Below the pieces are notes generated by a model. The model was given only the letters and a program-made list of their open reading frames with translations, was not told where the DNA came from and searched no databases. A DNA stretch of 64,000 nucleotides from Candidatus Blackburnbacteria bacterium (GTDB lineage Bacteria; Patescibacteriota; Microgenomatia; UBA8517; UBA10165), in contig JACPEJ010000001.1 of assembly GCA_016183565.1 (NCBI GenBank), forward strand, positions 486,479-550,478. Direction: 5' to 3'. The translations under genes and the position numbers were made by a program. Below are positions 9,565 to 17,945 of this stretch, piece by piece; positions within the stretch are counted from its first letter, which is position 1, and the number at the start of each line of letters is the position of its first letter.

Positions 9565-9675
9565 ATGGGGCAGCAAACACCTACTGAGTATGTCGAATAT
9601 GCTCCTGATTTAGTCTTCAATTTTCCCACAGCGCTTTCTCGGGAGGGGTTGGTTTGGGAAGAGGTTGCACCTTGA
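9565..9675 (+). pseudogene. Orphan 36-codon remnant duplicating the C-terminal module of the 3014-6199 surface protein
   Basis: MGQQTPTEYVEYAPDLVFNFPTALSREGLVWEEVAP* is about 90% nt-identical to 6107-6199 (EFVEYAPDLVFNFPTALSREGVVWEEVAP*). No upstream domain is present. Confidence 0.4.
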
Positions 9676-9746
9676 GGCACGACTTGCATTTTGATGTCAT
9701 GATGTTACAATGGGCGAAAGCAAACCTGCCCCGTTGAACTTCAATT

Positions 9747-10889
9747 ATGGCCCTAGTTAAGCCTGATACATCTCGTTTAGCAAGAATAAGAGTTGTTGCG
9801 ATTGGTGGTGGGGGAGGAAACTCGATTGCTCATATGATCGAGGAGACGAGAATTGATGGAGTTGAATTTATTACGGTTAATACAGACGCCCAGGTACTTC
9901 TTAATAATCCCGCGGATACAAAGCTTCAGATTGGGGAGAAATTAACTCGTGGTTTAGGTTCCGGTGGCGATCCCGGTATGGGGGAGCAGGCTGCTGAGGA
10001 GTCTCGGGAAAGGGTAAAGGACCTTCTTTTGGATTCGGATATGGTTTTTTTGACGGCTGGGATGGGGGGTGGGACGGGAACCGGCGCAACCCCGGTTATT
10101 GCACAAATCGCAAAAGAATGTGGTGCTTTGACGGTTGCTATTGTTACGAAACCTTTTGCTTTCGAGGGAACTCGGAGGATGGTTGTTGCTGAGGAAGGGA
10201 TAGAGAAGTTGAATGGGAATGTTGATGCTTTGATTGTTATTCCGAACCAGAGGCTGATGGATGTTATAGATAGGAGGACAACTCTTGCTGATGCGTTTAA
10301 GGTTGTTGATTCTGTGCTTTCGCAAGGTGTACAAGGAATTTCTGAGATTATTACGACACCTGGTCTTATTAACGTTGACTTTGCTGATGTCAGGGCAATT
10401 ATGAAGGATGCCGGGTCTGCGCTTTTGGGAATAGGAACGGGGGTTGGCGAGAACAGGGCGCAGATGGCGGCACGGGCCGCGATTTCTTCTCCGCTTCTTG
10501 AGGTTTCTATAGAGGGGGCAAAGGGGGTTCTTTTTAATATTGCCGGTGGTCCGGATATTACGATGTCTGAGGTTGATGAGGCAGCAAGGATTATTTCGGA
10601 GAATGCTGATGCTGATGCAAATATAATTTTTGGAGCGACTGTTAATCCTAAGCTTTCGGATCAGATAAGAATTACAGTTGTTGCAACTGGGTTTGATGAG
10701 ATGCGGGCGAGACTGGGGCGTATGGTTAATCCTGTAAAGCCAGCTCCTGTTCAACCGGAGGGTCTTATTAGCCAGCTTCCTGAGACGCGACCTGAGATTA
10801 GTCGTCCGATTATTCGGGAAGATAATGAGAAAGATGAGTGGGGTGAGAAGTTTGAGATTCCAGCATTTCTCCGGAAGGGGAAGTCGTAG
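9747..10889 (+). CDS. ftsZ: Cell division GTPase FtsZ
   Basis: RVVAIGGGGGNSIAHMIEE, VNTDAQ, the tubulin signature GGGTGTGATPVIAQIAKE, NVDFADV, and a C-terminal tail. Confidence 0.95.
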   Translation: MALVKPDTSRLARIRVVAIGGGGGNSIAHMIEETRIDGVEFITVNTDAQVLLNNPADTKLQIGEKLTRGLGSGGDPGMGEQAAEESRERVKDLLLDSDMVFLTAGMGGGTGTGATPVIAQIAKECGALTVAIVTKPFAFEGTRRMVVAEEGIEKLNGNVDALIVIPNQRLMDVIDRRTTLADAFKVVDSVLSQGVQGISEIITTPGLINVDFADVRAIMKDAGSALLGIGTGVGENRAQMAARAAISSPLLEVSIEGAKGVLFNIAGGPDITMSEVDEAARIISENADADANIIFGATVNPKLSDQIRITVVATGFDEMRARLGRMVNPVKPAPVQPEGLISQLPETRPEISRPIIREDNEKDEWGEKFEIPAFLRKGKS

Positions 10890-10907
10890 TTTACAAAATA
10901 AATTTTT

Positions 10908-10925
10908 AAGGGGACGCCTTGCAAC
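10908..10925. repeat. REP palindrome copy a (reverse orientation): aaggggacgccttgcaa
   Basis: Reverse complement of TTGCAAGGCGTCCCCTT. Imperfect palindrome TGCAAGG-CGTCC-CCTTGCA. Confidence 0.7.
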
Positions 10926-10934
10926 CGTACTGAA

Positions 10935-11612
10935 CTAGTCGTCTTCAATAATTAGGTTGCTAGTTATCTGAGGAATTTCTTCCAATGCCATAAATTGTAT
11001 GTAGGACTTATGCTGTGTTTTGGGAAAGAAATTCAGAATTTCCTCTGGATGGATCCACGTGGTGTTGCGTAGTCCGCAATATTCGGGGTAGGAGCTTGGT
11101 TGGTTTTGCAAGGCGTCCCCTTGCAGGATTAAGGCTTGTTTGTGAATATACCGTGACAGATGCAGAAGCTGTTCATCAGTTTTAACAAGAACGGCTTTAT
11201 AGACATCTTGGTATAATGGTCCGACTCTCTTATACTTGGAATTAAAGTACATGGTATAGCGGGTTCCTAATGAGTTCATAAAGGGGTCAATTGCACTTTG
11301 GTTATTTTGTTTGATAAGAATGTGAAAGTGGTTGGGCATGAGGCAATATGCAACGAGGATAATGTCTGTTGCGAAGTTGTTAAGCCGAAGTAGCTTTCTG
11401 ATTCGATCTTTCTCATAAGGTGAGGTTGATTGATTTCCTAATTGCTCCATAAGTAGGTCTTTGTTAGCAGGTAGCAAGTATGTTTTTAGATAGGATAGGA
11501 ATACGCCGTAGTCCTGTTGATCCTGAAAGATAAGCCTTTTCTCTACCCCGCGGTTGTAGATATGGTAGTATCCGGTTGTTACATACTCCTTAACACTGTT
11601 TTTGGAGGGCAT
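10935..11612 (-). CDS. IS200-like / REP-associated tyrosine transposase (RAYT, HUH Y1 family)
   Basis: YHIYNRGVEKRLIF ... LVAYCLMPNHFHILIK (HUH motif) ... LSRYIHKQ (catalytic Tyr region). 225 aa. Confidence 0.7.
   Translation of the reverse strand: MPSKNSVKEYVTTGYYHIYNRGVEKRLIFQDQQDYGVFLSYLKTYLLPANKDLLMEQLGNQSTSPYEKDRIRKLLRLNNFATDIILVAYCLMPNHFHILIKQNNQSAIDPFMNSLGTRYTMYFNSKYKRVGPLYQDVYKAVLVKTDEQLLHLSRYIHKQALILQGDALQNQPSSYPEYCGLRNTTWIHPEEILNFFPKTQHKSYIQFMALEEIPQITSNLIIEDD
11104..11127. repeat. REP palindrome copy b, embedded in-frame in the RAYT ORF
   Basis: ttttgcaaggcgtccccttgcagg encodes ILQGDALQNQ on the minus strand, immediately after the RYIHKQ motif. Confidence 0.65.
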
Positions 11613-11640
11613 ACCTTAGGTTAATGGTATTGATTTGGTT

Positions 11641-11674
11641 TTGCAAGGTGTGCAAGGCGTCCCCTTGCAGGGGT
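11641..11674. repeat. REP palindrome copy c (tandem partial plus full copy)
   Basis: ttgcaaggtg tgcaaggcgtccccttgcagggg. Confidence 0.7.
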
Positions 11675-11713
11675 GGGTTGGGTAATGCAAATTATGGGGG
11701 AATGGGTATATAA

Positions 11714-14671
11714 TTGGGAAATATGGCTTCGGGAAAATTTAAATCCATCGACAAAGCTCAGGACCGAAATAAATTTCGGCCTGTTGATACTAAGGTTGAT
11801 TTTGTGGCGTTGGAGAGGGAATTGTTAAAGTTTTGGTATGATGCGCAGATTGTTGACAAGTACTTGACTAAGAATAGTGCTTCAGAAAAAAAATTCTCTT
11901 TTCTTGATGGCCCAATTACAGCTAATAACCCGATGGGGGTTCATCATGCCTGGGGTAGGACATACAAAGATTTGTTCCAGCGGTTTAAGAATATGCAGGG
12001 TTACAAACAGCGTTTTCAGAATGGGTTTGATGAACAAGGTTTGTGGGTTGAGGTTGAGGTGGAGAAAGAACTAGGGCTTAAAAGTAAAAAAGATATTGAA
12101 AATTTAGTGCCTAAGGATAAGTTTGCCTCTTTGGAAAAGTTTGTAAACTTGTGCAAGGAAAGGGTCAAAAAGTATTCTCTAGTTCAAACAGAACAGTCTA
12201 AACGTCTTGGTTATTTCATGGATTGGGATAATTCTTACCATACATCTTCAGATGAAAACAATTACTGGATTTGGCATTTTTTAAAAACTGTCCACGATAA
12301 AGGGTGGTTGTATAAAGGAAGAGACTCTGTGCCATGGTGCCCTCGTTGTGGTACAGCTATTTCACAACATGAGATTTTAACTGAGGAGTATAAGGAAGTA
12401 ACACACCAATCGGTTTTTGTAGAATATCCAGTATCCGGACAGGAAAACACTTATCTTCTTGTTTGGACAACTACTCCGTGGACACTACCGGCTAATGTGG
12501 CTGTTGCAGTTGATCCGAATTTGGATTATGTGCAAGTTGAAAAAGAAGGGAAGGTGTATGTTGTTGCTAAGGGTGCGGTGGGGAGGGTGTTTGGGGATCT
12601 GCCAGCCGGCGGAAAGGTGATTAGGGAATGCAAGGGAATTGATCTAGTTGGTTGGGTGTACGAGGGTCCTTTTGATAATTTGCCTCGTGTCAGGAAATCT
12701 TTAGGAGAATATAAACACGAAGCTGTTGCTACGGATCCTCTTATTTTGCCTATTAGCGATGAGGAAGGAACCGGTCTTGTGCATATTGCGCCTGGTGCAG
12801 GCTCTGAGGACTTTCAGCTGTGTAAAAAGCTTGATCTACCTGTAATTGATATTATAGATGAAGGCGCGGTTTTATTAGGAGAGTTGGGGGAGTTGGGGGA
12901 GTTGGGAGTAAAGGAGGTAATTCAACCGATTGTTTCTTACCTTGAGGAAGGTGGTTATTTGTATAAGGTTCAGGGGTATGTTCACCGATATCCGACATGT
13001 TGGAGATGTAAATCGGAGCTGGTTTGGAGGGTAGTTGACGAGTGGTACATAGCGATGGACAGGCCATCGAAATCAAAAGTCAAAAGGGAAACTTTTAGGG
13101 AGCAGATGATAGAGGTTGCGAAGAAAATAAATTGGTTGCCGAAATGGGGGTTGGACAGAGAATTAGATTGGTTAAAGAATATGCACGATTGGCTAATATC
13201 TAAGAAAAGATATTGGGGATTGGCTCTGCCAATTTGGGAATGCCGCAAATGTGGTAATTTCGAGGTGATTGGGGGTAAAGATGAACTGAGAGAAAAAGTA
13301 GTAGAAGGTTGGGATGAATTCGAGGGACATTCTCCACACAAACCTTGGATTGACCAACTGAAAATAAAGTGCTCTAAATGTAATGAGGTAACATCACGTA
13401 TTCCTGATGTTGGGAACCCTTGGTTGGATGCCGGGATAGTACCATTTTCCACAATGCCTGCGGATTGGTTCCCTGCGGATTTTATAACCGAAAGCTTCCC
13501 TGGACAATTTAAGAACTGGTTTTATGCTTTGATTGCCATGTCCACGGTCCTAAAAAGAACAAATCCTTTTAAGAGTTTATTGGGGCATGCTTTAGTGGTA
13601 GATGAAAAGGGAGAGCCAATGCACAAGAGTTCTAAAAACTTTATACCTTTTGATGAGGGAGTAGAAAAAATGGGGGCAGATGTTATGCGCTGGATTTACT
13701 CCTCACAGGATCCTTGTGCCAATGTTCCTTTAACGTACGGTATGGGGGAAGAGAAGAAGAGAAGGTTCTTTTTGATGCTTTGGAATGTTTATAACTTTTT
13801 TGTGACTTATGCAAACCTTGATGGGTGGGGGGAGGGGAATAGTTCAAAGGATATTAAATCGCAGAATATTTTGGATAGGTGGGTTATTTCTCGGTTATAT
13901 GGGACGGTAGATGAGGTAACAAAGTCTTTGGAGAATTATGATGCCAGGACTGCTGTAAATTGTATTGAGGAGTTTGTTCAGGATTTGTCTTTGTGGTATG
14001 TGCGGCGTTCTAGGGACAGAGTAGGTGTTACTGCAGAAGACTCAGCGGACAAACAATCTTTTTACCTTACGCTTTGGAGTGTTTTGACAACCCTCTCGAG
14101 GCTTCTTGCTCCTTTTGTTCCTTTTGCATCTGAGGAGATTTACAAGAACTTAACAAGAGGAGATTCTGTTCATCTTGCCTCTTGGCCTTTAGGTAACGCG
14201 GAATTGCGAGATGAGACGTTGGAAAAAAATATGACTCTTGTTAGGAAGATTGTAGAGAGAGGGCATGCGGTGAGAAAGGAGGCAAGCGTTCCGGTACGGC
14301 AACCGCTAGCAAGTGCAAAGTGCAAAGTGAAAAGTGAAAAGTTAAATGAGGAAGTACTTCAGTTGATTAAAGATGAGCTAAATGTAAAAGATGTTGAGTG
14401 GGAGGTGCAGAATGACTTAAAAGATCCGGAAGTTGAACTTGATACAACAATAACCCCTGAACTTGAAGAGGAGGGAAAAGCCAGAGAATTAGCAAGACAG
14501 ATTCAGGAGGAGAGAAAAAAGCTTGATGTTCCATTGGACGAGAAGGTGAATGTTGTTGCTCCTTGGTTGCCCGAAAGGTCGGAGGTTTTAGAGTGGCTGA
14601 AACGTAGGACTTTGGTGCAACAGTGTTCGACAGGTGATAAACTGCTGGTGGAGAGGGTAGATGAGGGTTGA
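11714..14671 (+). CDS. ileS: Isoleucyl-tRNA synthetase
   Basis: WTTTPWTLPANVAV (IleRS-specific); GFDEQGL; a degenerate HIGH region (MGVHHAWG); a KMSKS-like MHKSSKN; zinc-knuckle CPRCGT/CWRCKS; 985 aa. Confidence 0.85.
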   Translation: MGNMASGKFKSIDKAQDRNKFRPVDTKVDFVALERELLKFWYDAQIVDKYLTKNSASEKKFSFLDGPITANNPMGVHHAWGRTYKDLFQRFKNMQGYKQRFQNGFDEQGLWVEVEVEKELGLKSKKDIENLVPKDKFASLEKFVNLCKERVKKYSLVQTEQSKRLGYFMDWDNSYHTSSDENNYWIWHFLKTVHDKGWLYKGRDSVPWCPRCGTAISQHEILTEEYKEVTHQSVFVEYPVSGQENTYLLVWTTTPWTLPANVAVAVDPNLDYVQVEKEGKVYVVAKGAVGRVFGDLPAGGKVIRECKGIDLVGWVYEGPFDNLPRVRKSLGEYKHEAVATDPLILPISDEEGTGLVHIAPGAGSEDFQLCKKLDLPVIDIIDEGAVLLGELGELGELGVKEVIQPIVSYLEEGGYLYKVQGYVHRYPTCWRCKSELVWRVVDEWYIAMDRPSKSKVKRETFREQMIEVAKKINWLPKWGLDRELDWLKNMHDWLISKKRYWGLALPIWECRKCGNFEVIGGKDELREKVVEGWDEFEGHSPHKPWIDQLKIKCSKCNEVTSRIPDVGNPWLDAGIVPFSTMPADWFPADFITESFPGQFKNWFYALIAMSTVLKRTNPFKSLLGHALVVDEKGEPMHKSSKNFIPFDEGVEKMGADVMRWIYSSQDPCANVPLTYGMGEEKKRRFFLMLWNVYNFFVTYANLDGWGEGNSSKDIKSQNILDRWVISRLYGTVDEVTKSLENYDARTAVNCIEEFVQDLSLWYVRRSRDRVGVTAEDSADKQSFYLTLWSVLTTLSRLLAPFVPFASEEIYKNLTRGDSVHLASWPLGNAELRDETLEKNMTLVRKIVERGHAVRKEASVPVRQPLASAKCKVKSEKLNEEVLQLIKDELNVKDVEWEVQNDLKDPEVELDTTITPELEEEGKARELARQIQEERKKLDVPLDEKVNVVAPWLPERSEVLEWLKRRTLVQQCSTGDKLLVERVDEG
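12881..12908. repeat. In-frame 9-bp tandem repeat (gagttgggg x3) inside ileS encoding LGELGELGELG
   Basis: Direct reading. Confidence 0.6.
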
Positions 14672-15725
14672 TCCTTGGATTTTTTTGCCAGCAGTTTTTT
14701 TATCCGTTATCGGGATTTTGATTTTATCGAGTGTTTCACAGGACTCTTTCCCCAATCATTTTTTCTATCTGGGTGCAGCTTTTATTGTTTTTGTTTTGTT
14801 TGCCAATACAGACATTAAGATACTAAGGCAATTTTCGCCGGTTTTTTATTTTGTTTCAATCCTCTTTTTGCTTTTAACGCTAATATTTGCGGGTAACGTA
14901 AGAGGTTCAAGTCGGTGGCTGGCGCTTGGTGGTTTTATGTTTCAACCTTCTGAGTTGGTAAAGCCCTTCTTGGTTTTGTTTTTTGCGCATATTGTGGCAA
15001 GGGGGAGAAAACTTAAGTTTCTTTGGGTTTCTTTATTGTTTTTACCCCCTTGGTTGTTGGTTTTTCTACAACCTGATTTTGGGAGCAGTATGGTTTTGTT
15101 GAGTGGTTTTTTGGGTGTTGTTTTTTTAGGTGGTATACCTTTGCGGTTGGCAGGTTGCGCTTTTGGTGTGTTAGTCGTAGGAGCGCCTATTTTTTGGAAG
15201 TTTTTAGAGGAGTATCAAAAACATCGTATATTTTCGTTTCTTTCTCCTGGTAGCGATCCTTTAGGTACTGGCTATAATTCTATCCAGTCGGTTATAGCAG
15301 TAGGGAGCGGAGGTTTGTTGGGTCGTGGGTTGGGGCAGGGGACCCAGTCACAGCTTGCTTTTTTGCCGGAACGTCATACTGATTTTATCTTTGCTGCTAT
15401 GTCTGAAGATCTGGGTTTTATAGCGAGTGTTGCAGTTATTTTTGGCTTTGGTGTTATTTTGTTTCGTATTGTGAGTTTGATGAAGAATGATACTGAGATT
15501 TTTTCTCAAGCGCTTTTAGCTGGCATATTTTCTGTGCTGTTTGTGCATGTGGTGATAAATATTGGGATGAATGTCGGAGTGTTGCCTATAACAGGTATTC
15601 CTCTGCCTTTTATTTCGTCGGGGGGATCTTCGCTTATTTCTATGTCGGCTATGTTGGGAATGGTGTCGCAGATAGCGGGAGATTTGAATAAGAGGGGGAG
15701 TTTGGGTATAATGGGGGGAAAGTAA
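14661..15725 (+). CDS. ftsW: SEDS-family peptidoglycan glycosyltransferase (FtsW/RodA)
   Basis: About 10 TM segments. LLGRGLGQGTQSQLAFLPERHTDFIFAAMSEDLGF is the SEDS signature. Overlaps the ileS stop. Confidence 0.8.
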   Translation: MRVDPWIFLPAVFLSVIGILILSSVSQDSFPNHFFYLGAAFIVFVLFANTDIKILRQFSPVFYFVSILFLLLTLIFAGNVRGSSRWLALGGFMFQPSELVKPFLVLFFAHIVARGRKLKFLWVSLLFLPPWLLVFLQPDFGSSMVLLSGFLGVVFLGGIPLRLAGCAFGVLVVGAPIFWKFLEEYQKHRIFSFLSPGSDPLGTGYNSIQSVIAVGSGGLLGRGLGQGTQSQLAFLPERHTDFIFAAMSEDLGFIASVAVIFGFGVILFRIVSLMKNDTEIFSQALLAGIFSVLFVHVVINIGMNVGVLPITGIPLPFISSGGSSLISMSAMLGMVSQIAGDLNKRGSLGIMGGK

Positions 15726-15727
15726 AA

Positions 15728-16066
15728 ATGGTAAAAGATATGAAATACGCAGTATTTTCTCATGCTGGGAAGCAGTACAAAGTTTCGGAGGGAGATGAGG
15801 TCTTACTTCCAGGTAGCTTGGGTTCTGATCCTAAAGATTTGGAGCTTTCTCAAATTTTGCTTGTGAGCGATGAGGAAAAGGTTAAGATAGGGACTCCTTT
15901 AGTGACAGGAGCAAAAATCGCGTGTGAAATCTTAGGTGAGGAGAAGGGCAAAAAAATAGAGGTTTTTAAATATAAGGCAAAATCTCGGTATCGTAAGCAC
16001 ACTGGTCATAGGAGTCTTTATACTAGAGTGAGAGTGCAAAAAATTACACATTCTTCAAAAGACTAG
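15728..16066 (+). CDS. rplU: 50S ribosomal protein L21
   Basis: MKYAVFSHAGKQYKVSEGDEVLLP matches the L21 N-terminus. Confidence 0.85.
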   Translation: MVKDMKYAVFSHAGKQYKVSEGDEVLLPGSLGSDPKDLELSQILLVSDEEKVKIGTPLVTGAKIACEILGEEKGKKIEVFKYKAKSRYRKHTGHRSLYTRVRVQKITHSSKD

Positions 16067-16083
16067 CTTCTGAGATGATTAAA

Positions 16084-16172
16084 GATACAACTCGTTTCAA
16101 AACTCGTAGATTAATCTTATTAAATTTTTTGAAACGAGATTGGAGAAGCTGTTTTGAAACAGCTTCATAAAG
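16084..16172 (+). repeat. Copy A of a roughly 90-bp structured repeat element (two hairpins) in the rpmA leader
   Basis: gatacaactcgtttcaaaactcgtagattaatcttattaaattttttgaaacgagattggagaagctgttttgaaacagcttcata. Near-identical to 54045-54133; 5' and 3' parts shared with 40675-40764. Confidence 0.6.
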
Positions 16173-16240
16173 TAGTACAATCTATATTGAAGTGGTCTAT
16201 TGACTTGCGTGAAAAAGTGATGTAAAGTGAAAATGCTACA

Positions 16241-16486
16241 ATGTCTAAGAAGAAACAGGGTGGAAAAGTCAGACAACATCATCAGCGTGCGGGTAAGCGC
16301 CTTGGTTTGAAAATTTCTGGTAATCAGAAGGTTTCGACTGGTGCGATTTTGGTTCGCCAGCGGGGGACTAAATTTCATGCTGGTTGTAATGTTAAGGTAG
16401 GCAGAGATCACACTTTATATGCAGTAGGTACCGGAAAAGTGCAATTTAAGACGAGAAATGGTAAAGCGGTTGTGGATGTTGTCTAA
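16241..16486 (+). CDS. rpmA: 50S ribosomal protein L27
   Basis: GGKVRQHHQRAGKRLGLKISGNQKVSTGAILVRQRGTKFHAGCNVKVGRDHTLYA is the L27 signature. Confidence 0.9.
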   Translation: MSKKKQGGKVRQHHQRAGKRLGLKISGNQKVSTGAILVRQRGTKFHAGCNVKVGRDHTLYAVGTGKVQFKTRNGKAVVDVV

Positions 16487-16498
16487 ACTTTAACTCAT

Positions 16499-17347
16499 AT
16501 GGTTGACTTGTCATCAACTCAAATAGTCCAAATTCCGGTTGACGAACTGCAGCCTAATCCTCTACAGCCTCGCGGTGTAATAACCCCTGAAAGTTTAGTT
16601 GATCTTATAGATTCAATAAAAGAGCATGGAATTTTGGAACCTCTTGTTGTTGCGAAAACTCCTGCTGGATATCAGCTGATAGCTGGTGAAAGACGTTGGA
16701 GAGCGTCAAAGTATGCAGGGTTAACGCATGTTCCAGTTGTTGTCAAAGAAACTTCTCCTCGTGGGATGTTGGAGTTGGCGATTGTTGAGAATGTTCAAAG
16801 AGTTGATCTTAACGCTTTGGATCGCGCCAAAGGTTTCCAAAGATTAATGGAAGAGTTTGGTTTGACGAATGCCGATATTTCACAGAGGGTGGGTAAAAGT
16901 CCTGCATATGTTGCTAACAGCTTGAGATTACTTCGTTTGCCGGATGCTTTAAAGGATGGTCTTTTGTCAGGTCTTATTACGGAGGGGCATGCGCGAGCTC
17001 TTGCTGCGATTGAAGATCCAACTTTGATGGTTGAAGCTTATAAAATAATTTTGCGGGAGTCGGGTTCTGTGAGGAGGGCTGAAGATTTGGCCAGGAGAAT
17101 GAAAGCAAGTTCAGGTCAACCTGAGAACAAGAAAACTCCGCCTAAGCACCCGATTCTTGTTAGTGAGGAAGTAGATCGTATGACTGAAAGACTTAAGAGT
17201 GCATTGAGTGATGACGGTGTCGATAGGCCGACTAATATTAGGCTGTTGCGTTCCAGACGAGAGACAAGGATTGTGATAGTTTTTAAGGGTGGTCTTGAGG
17301 AAACAGAAGATAGGCTTCAGAAGTTAGTACAAGGTGTGGCTTCGTAA
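16499..17347 (+). CDS. parB: Chromosome partitioning protein ParB/Spo0J (no parA adjacent)
   Basis: HGILEPLVV ... YQLIAGERRWRASKYAGL (ParB box), plus an HTH region. Confidence 0.8.
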   Translation: MVDLSSTQIVQIPVDELQPNPLQPRGVITPESLVDLIDSIKEHGILEPLVVAKTPAGYQLIAGERRWRASKYAGLTHVPVVVKETSPRGMLELAIVENVQRVDLNALDRAKGFQRLMEEFGLTNADISQRVGKSPAYVANSLRLLRLPDALKDGLLSGLITEGHARALAAIEDPTLMVEAYKIILRESGSVRRAEDLARRMKASSGQPENKKTPPKHPILVSEEVDRMTERLKSALSDDGVDRPTNIRLLRSRRETRIVIVFKGGLEETEDRLQKLVQGVAS

Positions 17348-17356
17348 GTTTTAACC

Positions 17357-17911
17357 TCATTTTGCGTACTGAACAAACCCGAATTTTGCTGGTGGCCAGT
17401 ATACAAACCAGGCACGTCCCACAATTTTCTTTCTTTTCACGGGTCCCCAACGTCGACTATCGGAGGAGTTAGAACGATTGTCTCCCACCACAAAGTATTC
17501 ATCTTGACCCAGTTCTACTGGTTTTCCTTCCGGGCTCCATAGACCTACAGTTGTGTGGGTCTCAGGAGGAAGATAGTCTTCATTTAATATTTTGCCATTT
17601 ATAGATATTCTGCTTTCTTTGACCATTACTGTTTCGCCCGGAAGTCCAATAATGCGTTTTATATAATCTTCCCCTGGGGAGGGAGGCGCTGCAAAGACTA
17701 CCACATCGCCCCTTTTTGGTTTGCCAAAACGGTAGGAGATTTTGTCTGTTAGGAGGTATTCGTTGTCTTGGAAACTGGGGGACATGGAGTCACCTTTTAC
17801 TTGGTGGGGTTGAAATAGGAAGAGATATGCTAAAAGAAAGATGGCGAGTGCCAAGACTATTGTTTGGAGAAGGTCGAGAGTGAATGCTTTAAGGTTTTTT
17901 TCTTCGGGCAT
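17357..17911 (-). CDS. lepB: Signal peptidase I
   Basis: N-terminal TM; GDSMSPSF (Ser box), KRIIGLPGETV (Lys box), YFVVGDNRSNSSDSRRWG. Confidence 0.85.
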   Translation of the reverse strand: MPEEKNLKAFTLDLLQTIVLALAIFLLAYLFLFQPHQVKGDSMSPSFQDNEYLLTDKISYRFGKPKRGDVVVFAAPPSPGEDYIKRIIGLPGETVMVKESRISINGKILNEDYLPPETHTTVGLWSPEGKPVELGQDEYFVVGDNRSNSSDSRRWGPVKRKKIVGRAWFVYWPPAKFGFVQYAK

Positions 17912-17945
17912 GGTGACAAGTCTAACTTGCCTACTAAGTCAGACT

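Larger units (their letters stand above)
10906..11676 (-). mobile_element. REP-RAYT unit: HUH tyrosine transposase gene flanked by inverted REP palindromes
   Basis: Gene 10935-11612 is flanked by AAGGGGACGCCTTGCAA (10908-10925, inverted copy) and TTGCAAGGTG-TGCAAGGCGTCCCCTTGCAGGGG (11641-11674). The same 20-mer is also present inside the gene. Confidence 0.65.

Noticed and set aside
9954-10754. 266-aa minus-strand ORF overlapping ftsZ
   Set aside because: It lies entirely antisense to the strongly supported ftsZ gene. The protein is Arg/Asn-rich low-complexity with no motif, typical of a spurious antisense ORF in a GC-skewed gene.
16097-16411. Minus-strand ORFs beginning MKLFQNSFSNL at each copy of the 90-bp repeat element (also 40702-40884, 54066-54272)
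   Set aside because: The shared peptide is simply the reverse translation of the conserved hairpin. Downstream sequences differ and overlap real genes. Conservation is at the nucleotide level, so a structured element is more parsimonious than a peptide.
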